Part shown: positions 1-12,422 of the stretch, piece by piece
Layout of the letters: each line of letters begins with the position of its first letter
Position numbering within the stretch: the first letter of the stretch is position 1
Assembly (NCBI RefSeq): GCF_006345805.1
Contig: NC_043005.1
Span: 28,644,001-28,708,000, forward strand
Origin: Octopus sinensis
Taxonomy: Eukaryota
Direction: 5' to 3'
Length of the DNA: 64,000 nt
Position numbers and translations under genes: made by a program
The notes under the pieces: generated by a model
The model's database searches: none
What the model saw: only the letters and a program-made list of their open reading frames with translations
What the model was told of the DNA's origin: nothing

Positions 1-568
1 TTCACTCAAGACTATCTTGCAGTACTGCTGACAGCAATCAGGATCATCATCCTTTAATAAACCAGGCAGTAATCTAGGCCAATACATTTTAAAATTTAAG
101 TGATTCATAAGTCAACTAGGGGACCTGCAGGAGATGCCTAGTTCATTGGAATCGCTCTTTTTTTGGTTCATGGGGGTCTTTCAGTGAACACTTGAGCCAC
201 AAGCGTTTCGTTTTCTTCAGTTGTAACACTGACTGGTCAACCACTTTTCTGTGCATTGCAGATGGACCCAATCTTCTCAAATTTGTTGCATATTCTGTAA
301 ACTGCTAATCTTGATGGAGCTGGTCTTTGAAATTCTTCAGTCCATTTGTATCTAACCATTCCTGCTTGATGATCCACTTTTTTTTCATTGTTGGTCAAAT
401 TTCTAGCCATTTAATAAATTTCTGAAATTAGAAATAATTATTTTATTATAGAAAGAATTAGTTCAAATGAACACAGAATCATAGAATTCTTATCCTAAAA
501 AAGAAATAGAGAAATGAACAGTTCACTCATAATAAACGATTGAATACCTACTTTCTATATCCTGTTTA
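1..568 (-). mobile_element. Degenerate Tc1/mariner transposon, 5' part (N-terminal HTH region of the transposase)
   Basis: Minus strand from ATG at 410 reads with frameshifts ...RPAPSRLAVYRICNKFEKIGSICNAQKSG*PVSVTTEENETLVAQVF...ELGISCRS; TIR-like TAAACAGGATATAGAAAGT near 568. Confidence 0.7.
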
Positions 569-689
569 TATCTCTGTATGTATCCCATTTCTCTACTCTA
601 CTTTTGTACTACCACTACTACTGCTGCTAATAAGAAGGGGGAGGAGGAGAAGAAGAAACACATGCACACAAATCACTAAAGAGAAAATT

Positions 690-1320
690 GGTCATGGAAA
701 GATTGACTTGAAATAAGAAACTGAGAGTCTAATACTTGCTGCCCAGGACCAAACTCTTTGACAAAATATATATACCTAGACAGAGTTGGACATAAGTAGG
801 TTATATAGGGAGGAATTTAAAATTGTGACCCATATTATAAGTTGCTGTAAAATTCTCACACAGAGAGGCTATAAAAAAGCATCATGATAAAATATCTACA
901 TCTACATTGGTGCCTGGTAAAATGAGGCAGACCCAGAAATGTACCTTCATGTACCTAACAGAGGGTAAGAAAATGGACATGCAAAAGTCTTGTGAGGTTT
1001 TAAAATACAAAGCAATGGAGTGATAGAGCACCATTGACCTGACATTGTTCTAGTTGGGAAAGAGATATGGAAGTGTTACATTATGGACGTAGTCATCCCA
1101 GATGAACATAGTGTAGCAAACAAGGAGCACAAAAAAATTGATGAATTCCAATTGGAATTGTCAAGAAATGTAGAACACACAAACTAAATGGGTACCACAA
1201 TTGCAAATGGAGTTCTTGGCAGCTCCATTCCTGACAAGTTTGCAAACACTACTTTGAACTGCAAACTTCCTGTGAAAGGTACTCTCTGCCTGGGGTCATA
1301 TGACTTGATGAAGAGAGCTG
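690..1320 (+). mobile_element. R4/Dong-clade non-LTR retrotransposon 3' remnant (restriction-like endonuclease region)
   Basis: ETESLILAAQDQTL, YLHW and PDIVLVGKEIWKCYIMDVVIPD remnants with stops and frameshifts. Confidence 0.7.
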
Positions 1321-2575
1321 AATATATATATATATACCTGTCCAACACCTGAAGCTATGCTTAGGTAGAAAGAGATCTTAATGATAGTTGATTGCATTCA
1401 CACAAGGCTATAAGCATGTGAGAGTCTAATTCATTGAATGTCTACAGCACATCACTAATAATTATATTTTATAAAATGCTTGTGCACAAAGTGCAATGTT
1501 CCATTGGAGTGAAACTGTGACATTATATGCAGAGGACATAGCCTGGAAAGAAATCATTTGATAGCCTGCTGTGCAGAATATTTGATGCATTTTAAGGGTG
1601 ACAGTTGTGCAATTAAGTACCAGATGGACCAAACAGAAGTAGACTGAGAAAGAACATTGGAAGAAGTAATGAAAGCTGATCTCAAGAGACTAAACCTCAT
1701 CATTATGAGGAGGAGGACCCAAAAGTGGTGGCACGCTGTGCAAGAGCAGACCCATGCAGCCCATGTAAACATGGTAAAAACATGTAAAATAAGGATAATG
1801 AATAACAGAGAATGTTTATGGACTTGATTTGGACTCTGGCACTGAAGTTGATAATTTTGCTTTTTGTTGCTGGTTAATCTCTGATTCAACAGATTATGAT
1901 CAGAGATTCCAGCCATAACCATCCTGTAGATCCAATGTATCCTTCCTTTTCTTATGACTGTGGCATGTGAATTGAGGGAAATTTGGTTGACTTTCTAGCA
2001 GACCACCAGACCGTGTAGAAGTTCCTCTTTTAGCTCATCTCATTAGTATTAAATTAATGAGACATGATGTAATATGAAATTTTTTTCTTCTTGTGGGTAG
2101 GAGGTAAATATTTAAAATTTAAACCTATTTAGGGAGAAGTTTTGTATTTCAGAGGTAAAACTTCAACATAGGGATCTGTGGCAGATACATTTTATAATCT
2201 GCAGATAACAGAATAGAGATGTTAGTAACAGATAATCCCTTTTTTTTCAAGTGGGAAAAATTGGATGAATGATTCATATAAAAAATAGTTTCCTAAATTC
2301 TGTTCAAATCACATCTTCCATCCCTTTAACTGTGATGATCACTGATGTGCACTCACACACACACACACTGTACTGCACTGTTTGACTTCTGCAGTTCAAC
2401 TGTAGTTGTTTAATCTACTCAGGTCACATTGCCACTGTACTCTCTCTCTCTGTCTCTTTTTCGCTCTCTCAGTCATGTGTGGTGACACTAAAGCAAATAT
2501 TTTTGGTTGCCAACCAGTTAATATTGTACATTATTTACATTGGATGGATATGTGTCCTCATCTTGTTTGTTGTTA

Positions 2576-2619
2576 CCACAACATTTCGGCTGATTTACTC
2601 TCCAGCCTTCATCAGGTGG
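2576..2619 (-). ncRNA. Minimal type I hammerhead ribozyme motif
   Basis: CCAC-CTGATGA-A-GGCTG..CAGCC-GAAA-TG-TT-GTGG: stem I CCAC/GTGG, stem II, loopless stem III. Confidence 0.7.
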
Positions 2620-2728
2620 CATTGAATAAATAATAATAATAATAATAATAGTAATAATAATAATAACATCAGCAAAAAAAAGTACCTTAGGAATGAGAAC
2701 CCAGGGTTGGGTTCAAAATTCTACCAGG

Positions 2729-2772
2729 ACACCTGATGAAGGCTGGAGAGTAAATCAGCCGAAATGTTGTGG
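2729..2772 (+). ncRNA. Minimal type I hammerhead ribozyme motif (sense to DGK)
   Basis: ACAC-CTGATGA-A-GGCTGGAGAGTAAATCAGCC-GAAA-TG-TT-GTGG; core nucleotides retained. Confidence 0.65.
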
Positions 2773-3408
2773 TAACAACAAACAAGATGAGGACACAAAT
2801 TTGTCCAATGTAAATATAAATAATGTTAAAGAATTCCTCATCTCGAAAAATATAGAACAGCATGAGTTAATATTGGAAGCATCATTAATTAGAATGTCAC
2901 TTAATATGCTCTTCAAATCCTGCTAAGATTAACTTTGTCTTTAATCCTTCTGGAGCTGTTAAATAAAGTACTCATCCAGTCCTGGAGTCAAATCTTCTTT
3001 CTCTCTTGATTGAGATCCAAAGATTTTGGCCTTGTCACATTGCAATTCACTGATTTGTCTTGAGAATTGTGTTAAGAGTATATATGTCTGTGGAATACTC
3101 AGCCACCTAAGCATTAATTTCACATGTAGGATTTCAGTTGTGTAAACAAACAAATACTCATCGTTAATGTCCATTTTTCCATACTTGCATGGATCTGTCA
3201 GACACCCTTCTTGTCACCAACCATTCATCTGTTTGCGAACAAGGTAATATTCTCCCTCAACTAGACGTATTTCTTGCAGAATACTGAAAACAAAGATCCT
3301 CACTTGTATAATGATGATGATCATCATCATTTACTGTCTAAATAAGAGTACATATGCACACATGCCCAAACACACACACACACATACACACGCATATATA
3401 AATCATAG

Positions 3409-3812
3409 AGTCAGGTGGTGTGAAAGATGAAAATAGATTGATTCTCCCCCCCCCCATTTGACTTCCATGTAATTACAGCTGTTTCATAACTTTTTCATAT
3501 TATTTTCAGTATGCAGAACATATACGTAGATGTTTGCATCAATATGTGTGCTTTGCATTATACAGTACAATTGTATATTAATAAATTAATGCAAATAAAT
3601 AAAGCTAACTGACCGGATCATGGGAACATGATGGTTACATCTACGATTCAATTGTATTATATAATGCTGAGCATGCATATTGATGCAAACGTTTATGTAT
3701 AATTTTTGTATACTGAAATTAATACTACATAAAAAAAAGGTTACAAAACAGCTGTAATCACATGGAAGTCATGTTGTAAAATCTACTTTTACCTCTCTCA
3801 CCTCTTGACTTG
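3409..3812. mobile_element. Foldback/MITE-like element with long imperfect inverted arms
   Basis: TGACTTCCATGTAATTACAGCTGTTT (3459-) pairs with AAACAGCTGTAATCACATGGAAGTCA (-3771); inner TGTTTGCATCAATATG/CATATTGATGCAAAC and outer segments also pair. Confidence 0.7.
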
Positions 3813-3984
3813 ATGTTTTCTTTACTCCTCCTTGAAAAATTTATCACTTGAATTTTCTGGGTTTTTATTTACACAGGTTGACTGGTGGCTGATTCCAAAT
3901 GGAGAGCTTACTGTAATAGCCACATGGTTCTCTGAATCTGTATTTATACTACTCTCTTTGATAGATATAAACCTGTTGAGGCAA

Positions 3985-4502
3985 ATGAAATCAAATCAAA
4001 ATCACTGACGTGGCCGATGACAGTACCACCTGATTAGTACTCATGTCAGTGGAACGTTAAAAGCACATCTGAATGTGACCATTGCCAGGGCTACGGATTG
4101 GCTCCAATGCTGATAGCATATAAAAAGCACCATCCAAGCATGATCATTGCCAGTGTCACCTTACTGGAACATGTGCCAGTGGCACGTGGAAAACAACATT
4201 CAAGCATGGTCATTGCCAGTGCCGCCAGACTGGCTTCCGTGCAGGTAGCACATAAAAAACACCTTTTGAGCGTGGTCATTGTCAGAACTGCCTGACTGGC
4301 CCTCATGCCGGTTGCACATAAAACCACCCACTACACTCTCAGAATGGTTGGCGTTAGGAAGGACATCCAGCTGTAGAAACTTTCCCAGATCAGATTGAGC
4401 CTGGTGCAGCCTTCTGGCTCACCAGTCCTCAGTCAAACTATCCAACCCATGCCAGCATGGAAAGCAGATGTTAAACAACAATGATGATGATGATGATGAT
4501 AC
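3985..4502 (+). mobile_element. (GAT)n-tailed non-autonomous retroposon (family C) with internal ~60-bp tandem repeats
   Basis: Repeated GCAC(A/G)TAAAAAGCACC units, then CCCATGCCAGCATGGAAA..GTTAAA(C)GATGATGAT tail shared with copies at 29940, 33405, 43130, 52215 and 54190. Confidence 0.8.
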
Positions 4503-5629
4503 ACAGACACTCATATACATTTATACAAACAACAGAATTCTTTCAGTTTCCATCTATCAAATCTTCTCACAAGGTTTTGTTTGACTCAGGGTTATAGGGA
4601 AAGACATTTTCCCAAGGTACCACACAGTAGTACTAAACACTGGATCACATGATTGGGATGCAAGCTTCTTAATCACACAACCATGCACTATTGTTGTTAT
4701 CTATTTCTGAAGAATTCTAGCAAAAGAAAAAAATTATAATTAGGAAAATGCTATGTAATCAGAAAAAAAAAACAGTAATAAAAAATGATTAGTATATTTT
4801 TGTTTGTTTTGGATAAGAATATTTCGAGGAGTATAATCATCTAGGCATGTGTTCTGATTTCAAATCTGATCAAATATTTTATGGGATTTGTTATTACAAG
4901 ATTATAATGATGAATAGTTTGAATGTACTAAAATTTTAGAATTCTTTCCTTGTGTTTCCAGAAACTTGCAACAGAGAAACCACAATTTTTTACATTATTC
5001 AAATTATTTATACACTTGCTACACTCTATTCAGAGTTTGGCCTGTGACCAGCTGGTAAAGAAAATTGGAGAGTATTTCATACAAATGAGCCAGGTCTAAT
5101 CAGTGTCTATCTTGTTCAATATAAATTAATCAATACACAAACTAATTGATCAGACATCTGATATTTCTGCTATTTTTGAAAGAAATGTTTGAATTTTGTT
5201 GTTTCCTTCCTTTTCCATAGATTATTGACTCTTTAAATGCTTTAATTTTAATAGATATATCTTTAATAATTAGGACATCCATCTATCTTCCATCTGCTCT
5301 TTGTGAGAGAATTCTCAGGCTTCTCTTCATAGAGACCTTTCAGAAGCAACTTACACTTTCCGGCTGGATTTCCAAGCATGACCAACTAAGACAATGGACT
5401 AATTAGGACATTATAGCATTAAATATATATCTACATATTAATGGGGCTCATTTTGATTTTTCATGTTTTCAATTCAGTGTAGTTTGATTTTTTATATAAT
5501 CGATAACAGGGCAATTTTTCGCATTAAAAAAAAAACCCTTTACTTAAAAAGGGTGAGTAATATTGCAACTTTGGGTTAATTATTCTAATGTTCACTCTAA
5601 TGTTCTAAGTCAGTCATGTTGAACTGTTA

Positions 5630-5880
5630 CTCTTCTGCATTGAGAGGTCACAGCTCCGGTACTACAAACTACACCAGAAAGAATCACAAGATAGATTCTT
5701 CAAACGGATCCAACTGGCAGGAAATGTCCTGGGAGTAGATCAAGAACAAGATGGTTGGGTAATATTGATAGTCTCAAGTTAGTCACTTGAGAATCCATTC
5801 ACAAAGTGTAATGACAGTTGCTTCTGACAGGACCCTATGGAGAAGGTGCCTGAAGACTCTATCCCCATGACCCTTCCAGC
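5630..5880 (+). mobile_element. RTE-like LINE 3' remnant
   Basis: GKCPGSRSRTRWLGNI resembles the G.R.RGRPRTRW motif. Confidence 0.45.
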
Positions 5881-7079
5881 AATAGTGGGTGGGCAAGTTG
5901 AATGGATGGATTACCATCACCATGTCTGCAGTTTACTTCACATGTGGTGACCAATGTAGTCTGTCCTAGTTTCATCAGTGGCCATTGTGGCTAGTCCCAG
6001 TGGCTGTTGATTTTTCATACCAACCCATCTAACCCCCACATCATGCCCCATATTAAGTAATCATCCCATTGGTCCCATATTACAAATCCACCAGAAATTA
6101 CTCCTATTCAAGTATTCCTATTTATATCAAAGTTGCACCAGAAATCTCACTATCACATCCAGTAACACTATGAGATTTCACCAAATTCTTTACATGATTT
6201 ACCCTCATTAATGAGCAATGACCCTAGATATTCATCATCATCGTTTTTAAATGTCCAATTTTCTCTGCTTGCTTGGGTTGAATAGAATTTGTTGAGGCAG
6301 ATTTTCTATGGCTGGATGTTCTCCTTGCAACCAGCAACCAACCCTCATCAGTTTCCTAACAAAGTAATATTTCCCCATGACTGAACCTGTTTTCTTTGAT
6401 GTTTGAAAACAAAGGGCACTGCTTGTATGAAGGTGACATTCATTTACAACAAGCAAGGGGACTCTAACTGTCTCTTTCTCTCTCTCTCTCACACACACAC
6501 ACATAGTGGGCTTCTTTCAGTTTCCATTTCCTGAATCCACTTACAAAGTGGGTAGAGGTGGGGAAGAGTATCGTACATTTTTTCCGCAAACCTCTAAACA
6601 CTTTGAAAACTTGCAGTCATACAAGTTTTCGAACATACACATGTATGTGTGTGACCTGTATGGTGAAGAAGTTTCCATATGTAACCATATGGTTTCAGGT
6701 ATTATCCCACATTGTGGCCCTTTGGGCAAGTGTTTTCTGCTATAACCCCAAGTCAACCAATGCCTCATGAGGGAATTTGGTCAATGGAAACTGTGGACAC
6801 TTGTGTGTGTGTGTGTGTGTGTGTGTGTTTCTCTCGCCATGTATCAATTAGTGTAAGCCTATGGCACAAGACATAAAAATAAGGGCTGGTGTTGATTTGA
6901 TTAACTAAAAACACTTCAGAATGGTGCTCCAGCATGGTCACAGTCAATTGACTGAAACAAGTAAACTGAATAAAAGAATATACTTTGGGCAAGCGTCTTC
7001 TACTATGGCATCGGGTCAACCAAAGCCTTGTGAGTGGATTTGGTAGATAGAAACTGAAAAGAAGCCAATCGTGTGTGTG

Positions 7080-7092
7080 CGTATATATATGT

Positions 7093-7155
<63 letters not shown>
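7080..7155. repeat. (TA)n microsatellite inside a split family A SINE
   Basis: Direct reading. Confidence 0.95.
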
Positions 7156-7158
<3 letters not shown>

Positions 7159-10100
7159 CTGAAGTTGTCTGTGTATGGCAGGTTTGGTAGCCTTCAACTA
7201 ACACTATCTCCTCCGAGACCCTGTGGCACAAGTTGACCAAAATTGAGAGTATGGTAAAAAAAAAAAAAGGCTTGCTCTTCCTTCCGTAAGAAAAAATTCA
7301 AATCGGACTATGTTAACACCAAAAATTATTTACATCAAAAAAGATGATTTTTTTTCTATGAAAATCCCTATTTTTTACGTTTGTTTGACTGCTGTGTCGC
7401 CATTTTTCGGTGTATTTCAACCAGAAAAATGTTCACTTAAAGAGAATAACAAGCTACATAATGCAAAATTTTTACTTTTCAAAAATTCCACTTCTAAAGG
7501 GTCAAAACAAACCCGATCAACGCCGGGTCGATTTGTTCAACTAAAGGTAGTGCTCCAGCATGGCCACAGTCGATTGACTGAAACAAGTAAAAGAGTAAAA
7601 GGATGCATTCAACCATGCACTCACAGCCATATTATACTTAAATATGCATCAGCACATCCAGAAATGCATGTCTGTATACATGCAACACTTGGCCATATGG
7701 CATGACCTAAGTGCTTGTTTAGAGAACTACTTGTGGTGGTAGCGTGGGTGATAAATTAATCCGTATTAACCCTTCTCTGATCCTATTTAGTGATCCTATT
7801 TCCTTAATCTGATTTGAGTTGTTGATCAAGTGAATCTATCATCAAAGATATTCCAGCCATGACCATTTTGTTTGCTTGAATATCTAGAACTATATCATTT
7901 AATGTATCCTTCCTTCCTCTTTAAAGAAAATAGCATGTGCTTTAAGGTAGATTTGGCTGCTATTCCTAGTAGATCAAATGACTTGCTAGTGGTTTCCTTA
8001 TTGTGTAATTGTATTGACTCTTGGTGAAGTAGGAGACAAGAAATAGTTGTAGAATATTCTGGAATTTAACTAATCCTTTCTCAAAGAATTTTGTTATTAT
8101 AATGTTGTATTACGTCATGGTGTTGTCGAATCAACAAATATGTTGGGTTTTTTTAATTTTTAATCTTACATCTTATGTTGTTTTTGTTGTTATTATAAGA
8201 TTGGTGGAGTTGGTAGAGTGAGACAAATAAAATACTTTTCAGTATTTAGCTGCATCTCTTTATGTTCTGAGTTCAAATCCCACCTAATTCAAATTTACCT
8301 TTCATTCTTCCAACTCAATAAAGCAAAAATTTGTGATCTTGTGTCATCATTACTGTTTTAATGTCCACTTTTCCATGCATGCATGGGTCAGATGGAATTC
8401 ATTGAGGCACCTTTCTGTGGTCTTAATGCAATTCTTGTCACCAATCCTCACCTGTCTCCAAGCAAGATACAACTTCCCATGGCTAGACATGTTTCCTCAG
8501 AAAATTAGAATCAAAATAATTCTGCTTGTGTGATGATGCTGTTCACTTAGAACTATTGCATCATGTCACAACTTGGAGACAAATGTATACATATCCCTGC
8601 AAACATACACATACATACACATACACAGGTGTGTGCATATGTATCTATATGTAAGTATATATATCATCGTCATCGTTTTAATGTCTGCCTTCCATGATGG
8701 CATGGGTTGGACAGTTTGACATAGGCCGGCCAGATAGAAGACTACACCAGGCTACTGTGTCTGTTTTGGCATGGTTTCTATGGCTAGATGTCCTTCCTAA
8801 CACCAACCACCCCACAGAATGGACGGAGTACTTTTTACGTGACACCAACACTGACCCTTATACAATATAGGGTAACCATGTATTTCCTCTGTAGTAAGAC
8901 ACCTGTTCTGGTCCCTCAGATCATTCTTTAGCTTCTCAACACCTGACATAAAACCACACCCCTCTCAAATACTACCCCAAGTCACACATTTAATCAAGAG
9001 GGCTTTTCCTCTTCTTTTCTCATCCTGCAAGTTACTTGGCAACCTTACTAGTGTCAAAAGACAAACTCAGTACACCCTAGTGGTTGGCATTAGAAAGGGT
9101 ATCCAGCAGTAGAACTCATGCCAAAGCTGACATTGGAGCTGAACACAACACTGGAACTTACTAGATCATGCTAAAGTGTTTAACCCCTGAAAGCATGGAA
9201 AATGGATCTTACATGATGCATCACGATGACCAGCTTCCTTCAGTTTTCATCTACCAAATTCACTCACAAGGTTTTGGTCAGCCTAAGACTATAGCAGAAG
9301 ACTCTAACCCAAAGTGCTATACAGTGAAATTGAACCTGAAGGCCACGTGATTGTGAAGCAAATTTCTTAACCACTCATCTATACAGCATTTATGTGTCTA
9401 TATTAGAAATCCTTTTTATTAGTGTAAGCTGAAATTGTGACATCTACAGAAACTCCTGGATAACAAGATGGTGTAATCATTGTTTGTGAGGAATGTTTTC
9501 CTGCAGTTCATCTCTTTGACAGAGCTGTAACTCTTGTTCAAGCAAAGACCAAAATTAGGCACCTGGCATCAGTTTTCAACCAGGCAAATAACATGGCCTC
9601 TTGTAAGAGGGTTAGTGATGAACAAAAGCAATGTTTTCAAGGAGAGTCTGAATGCCTACAAGGAAATCAACTGAAATTCCTTTTCCAGAGGGTTCTCAGC
9701 CTTGGGTCAAGGGCAACTTCCAGCCTCGGATCAAGGGTGCTACCTAGTCTGATAGTAATGCTAGGTATGATGATTGCCAGTTTGGAATAAACTCTACAGA
9801 TATAGTATCTGCTGGTCCTGTCCAAAGTCTGCAGGAGGTGACAAAACCATCCTGCATCTACTCATTGAGCATTCAGGTACTGATGATCTGTGGAATTGCA
9901 CTGTATGGTGGTTGTTGTATGTTGGATTATCTGGTTGTTATCTGAGTCCATTGTGGGTACTACCCTACTGTCTTCTTTTATGCAGAAATTTCAGGTTGCC
10001 TTCTTCTACCTGTGACCTGGTGGAAAAGATTGTATGAAAGCATAAAAACTTCAAAAGTTCTTCTTCAATTAAACCCTCATCAATTTCAAGTATTACTTGG

Positions 10101-11139
10101 AGCAGATGGTAAAGAGGAAGGTGCTACCTTCCAATGAATTTGCTGGGGGTGTGGATAAGAATATTAACAATGGTCTGCAAGAATGGACTTACTTTCAGCA
10201 TATACTTATAAGGTTCCTTGACTGCCTGAAGTGGTTGTCCTCCTCTCTGTGAACTTTATAACATTTTGAATATTATGCAGACCATACTTCTTGTAGCCTT
10301 TCCTTATTATGTTACTTTATCCATCACCTTCGTAACAATAATAGCAATCAGGTGAGCTGGCAGAGTTGTTAGCACACTGGACAGAATGGTTAGGGACATT
10401 TCTTCTGGCTCTTTACATTCTGAGTTCAAATGTTGCCAAGGTCAGCTTTATTTTTCATCCTTTTGAATTCAGTAAAATAAACATCAGTTGAACACTGGGG
10501 TTGATTAGGCTTCCCTCTTTCCTTAAAAAAAAATATAGCTGGCCTTGTGCCAAACTTAGGAAGAGTTATTATTATTATTATCATTATCATCACCATTTTT
10601 CTCATTATTATTATTATATGAAAACTCTCAGCTTATTTTGCTGGATCTGATGGAAAGTGTCAGCTGTCCACAGCCAGCAGACTAAGGTAACAATTGTTTA
10701 CTGGTCATGCTTCAAGAACCCTGCAAAGAATTCTTGCAGTTCCAAGCAATGCGGATTTTTGTAGGTGTTCTACCTTCACACTTGCACCAATCTTCTTCAG
10801 CCATGCTGGTCGTTGAGTGTTCATATTTCTAAGTGCACCAATTACTATTGGTATCACTCCTACTCTCCTCATCGACTACAACCTCCTATTTCCCATTTCA
10901 AATTGTCATAGTTGTTTTTTTTTTTTTTAATCTTTCACTTTGATCCTGTTGTCACTGGGGTATGCTATGTCAATTATCATACATCTTTCTTTTTTATTCA
11001 CCACAACAATGTCTGGTTTCCAATATCTGGTCAAGTGATCACACTGGATCATTGCATCCCACAGGATTTTGCAAATCTCATTCTCAGTGATGCCTTCTGG
11101 AGTTTGCTCATACAGAAGGGGTTTGCTCTGCAGAAAGAT

Positions 11140-11359
11140 TATTATTCTTTTCTACTCTAGGCACAAGGCCCAAAATTTTGGGGGAAAGGGCCAGTCGATT
11201 CGATCAACCCCAGTACACAACTGGTACTTAATTTATCGACCATGAAAGGATGAAAGGCAAAGTCAACCTCAGCAGAATTTGAACTCAAAATGTAAAGACA
11301 GACGAAATGCGTCAAAGCATTTCGCCTGGTGTGCTAACGTTTTTGCTAGCTCGCTGTCT
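11140..11359 (-). mobile_element. tRNA-derived SINE family B
   Basis: Reverse complement of the family B consensus (GTTCAAATTCC B box, GACTTTGCCTTTCATCCTTTC core, ATT tail). Confidence 0.85.
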
Positions 11360-12277
11360 TACAAGACCGAGCTTTAAGGATTATTATGATGATGATGATG
11401 ATGAGAGCAGTAAACTGACAGAATTGTTAGAATCACAGAAAAAATGCTTTGCAGCATTTATTATGATTCTTTAAATTTCAAGTTTGAATTCCACTGAGGT
11501 AAACTTTGCCCTCCATCCTTTCTATGCTGATAAAATAAAGTACCAGCTAAATACCAGGACTGATTTAACCTACTAACCCCTCTCCCAAAATGTCAGGCCT
11601 TGTGCCTAGATTAGAAGTAATATATAATAATAATGATTATTATTATTATCATTATTATTATTTTCATGTCAGAAGGTTTTGTTTTTTCAACTGACTTGTG
11701 CTAGAAACCTCAATAGCAGATGTTTATTCCTTCTTTCCCATTTTTCTAGCCTCCATCAGCTCCCAATTAAGTCTTCATAAGTTGATGCATTCACCTGTAA
11801 AGTACATTGGCATCTTTTATGTCTCAATATCTTCACATGATTCTTTTTCAGAAAAACAAATCTCATCAACATCTCAATTCTTTCTGTTTTAAATACTTTT
11901 TATTTCTCCTCTGTATTTTATATACATAACCAGTGTATATGTTGTTTTTATATGAAGTGAAAGTGTGGCTGTGTGGTCAGGAAATTTGCCTCCCACTACA
12001 CTCTTGGAGTGCATGACATTAGAAAGGGCATCAAGCCAGAGAAACCAAACCAAACTGAAGCCTGGTACAGCTTACCAGTCCCAGTCAAACTGTCCAACCC
12101 ATGCCAGCATGGAGAACAAATGTTAATGATGATGATGATGATATTTGTATATTCAGTCATACCTCATATAACACTCAAATGTATGCTGTTGTGTGTATGT
12201 GACTTCGTTTATATTTGTATATTCAGTCGTATCCGTATCTAATACTAAAACTGTATGTCTCTTGCTTCCTTCCACAG

Positions 12278-12422
12278 GCTCATGCTACCTGCTACAAACA
12301 CTTGCCAGAGGAGTGCAATTTTGGTAGTTTGCGTGAAATTATGCTGCCTTCCAGTTGTCTCACCATCCCTCGGCTGGATGTTAGCATGGAGACTTTGTTG
12401 GGACTCAATAACAAGAAATTCA
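12278..12422 (+). CDS. DGKQ: DGK theta exon: end of third C1 domain ([48 protein letters not shown])
   Basis: ttccacag acceptor, gtgagc donor; 145 nt, phase 0 to 1; H..C..ECNFG.L..I.LP C1 tail. Confidence 0.9.

Larger units (their letters stand above)
2527..2864. mobile_element. Inverted-repeat hammerhead-bearing Penelope-like non-autonomous element, copy 1, with (AAT)n spacer
   Basis: Arms 2527-2619 and ~2729-2825 are reverse complements; perfect 11-bp TSD AGTTAATATTG at 2516-2526 and 2865-2875. Confidence 0.8.

Noticed and set aside
1554-1922. 122-aa minus-strand ORF
   Set aside because: Antisense to an RTE LINE 3' remnant and simple repeats; no recognisable domain
9500-10330. Possible Ty3/gypsy RT remnant on the minus strand
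   Set aside because: Only one short motif (FGLCLNKS) and multiple stops; cannot be supported without an HMM search
1-12277. Upstream DGK theta exons (earlier C1 domains)
   Set aside because: No HxW..C..C coding segment with splice sites was found by eye; these exons probably lie before the window, though a short exon could have been missed
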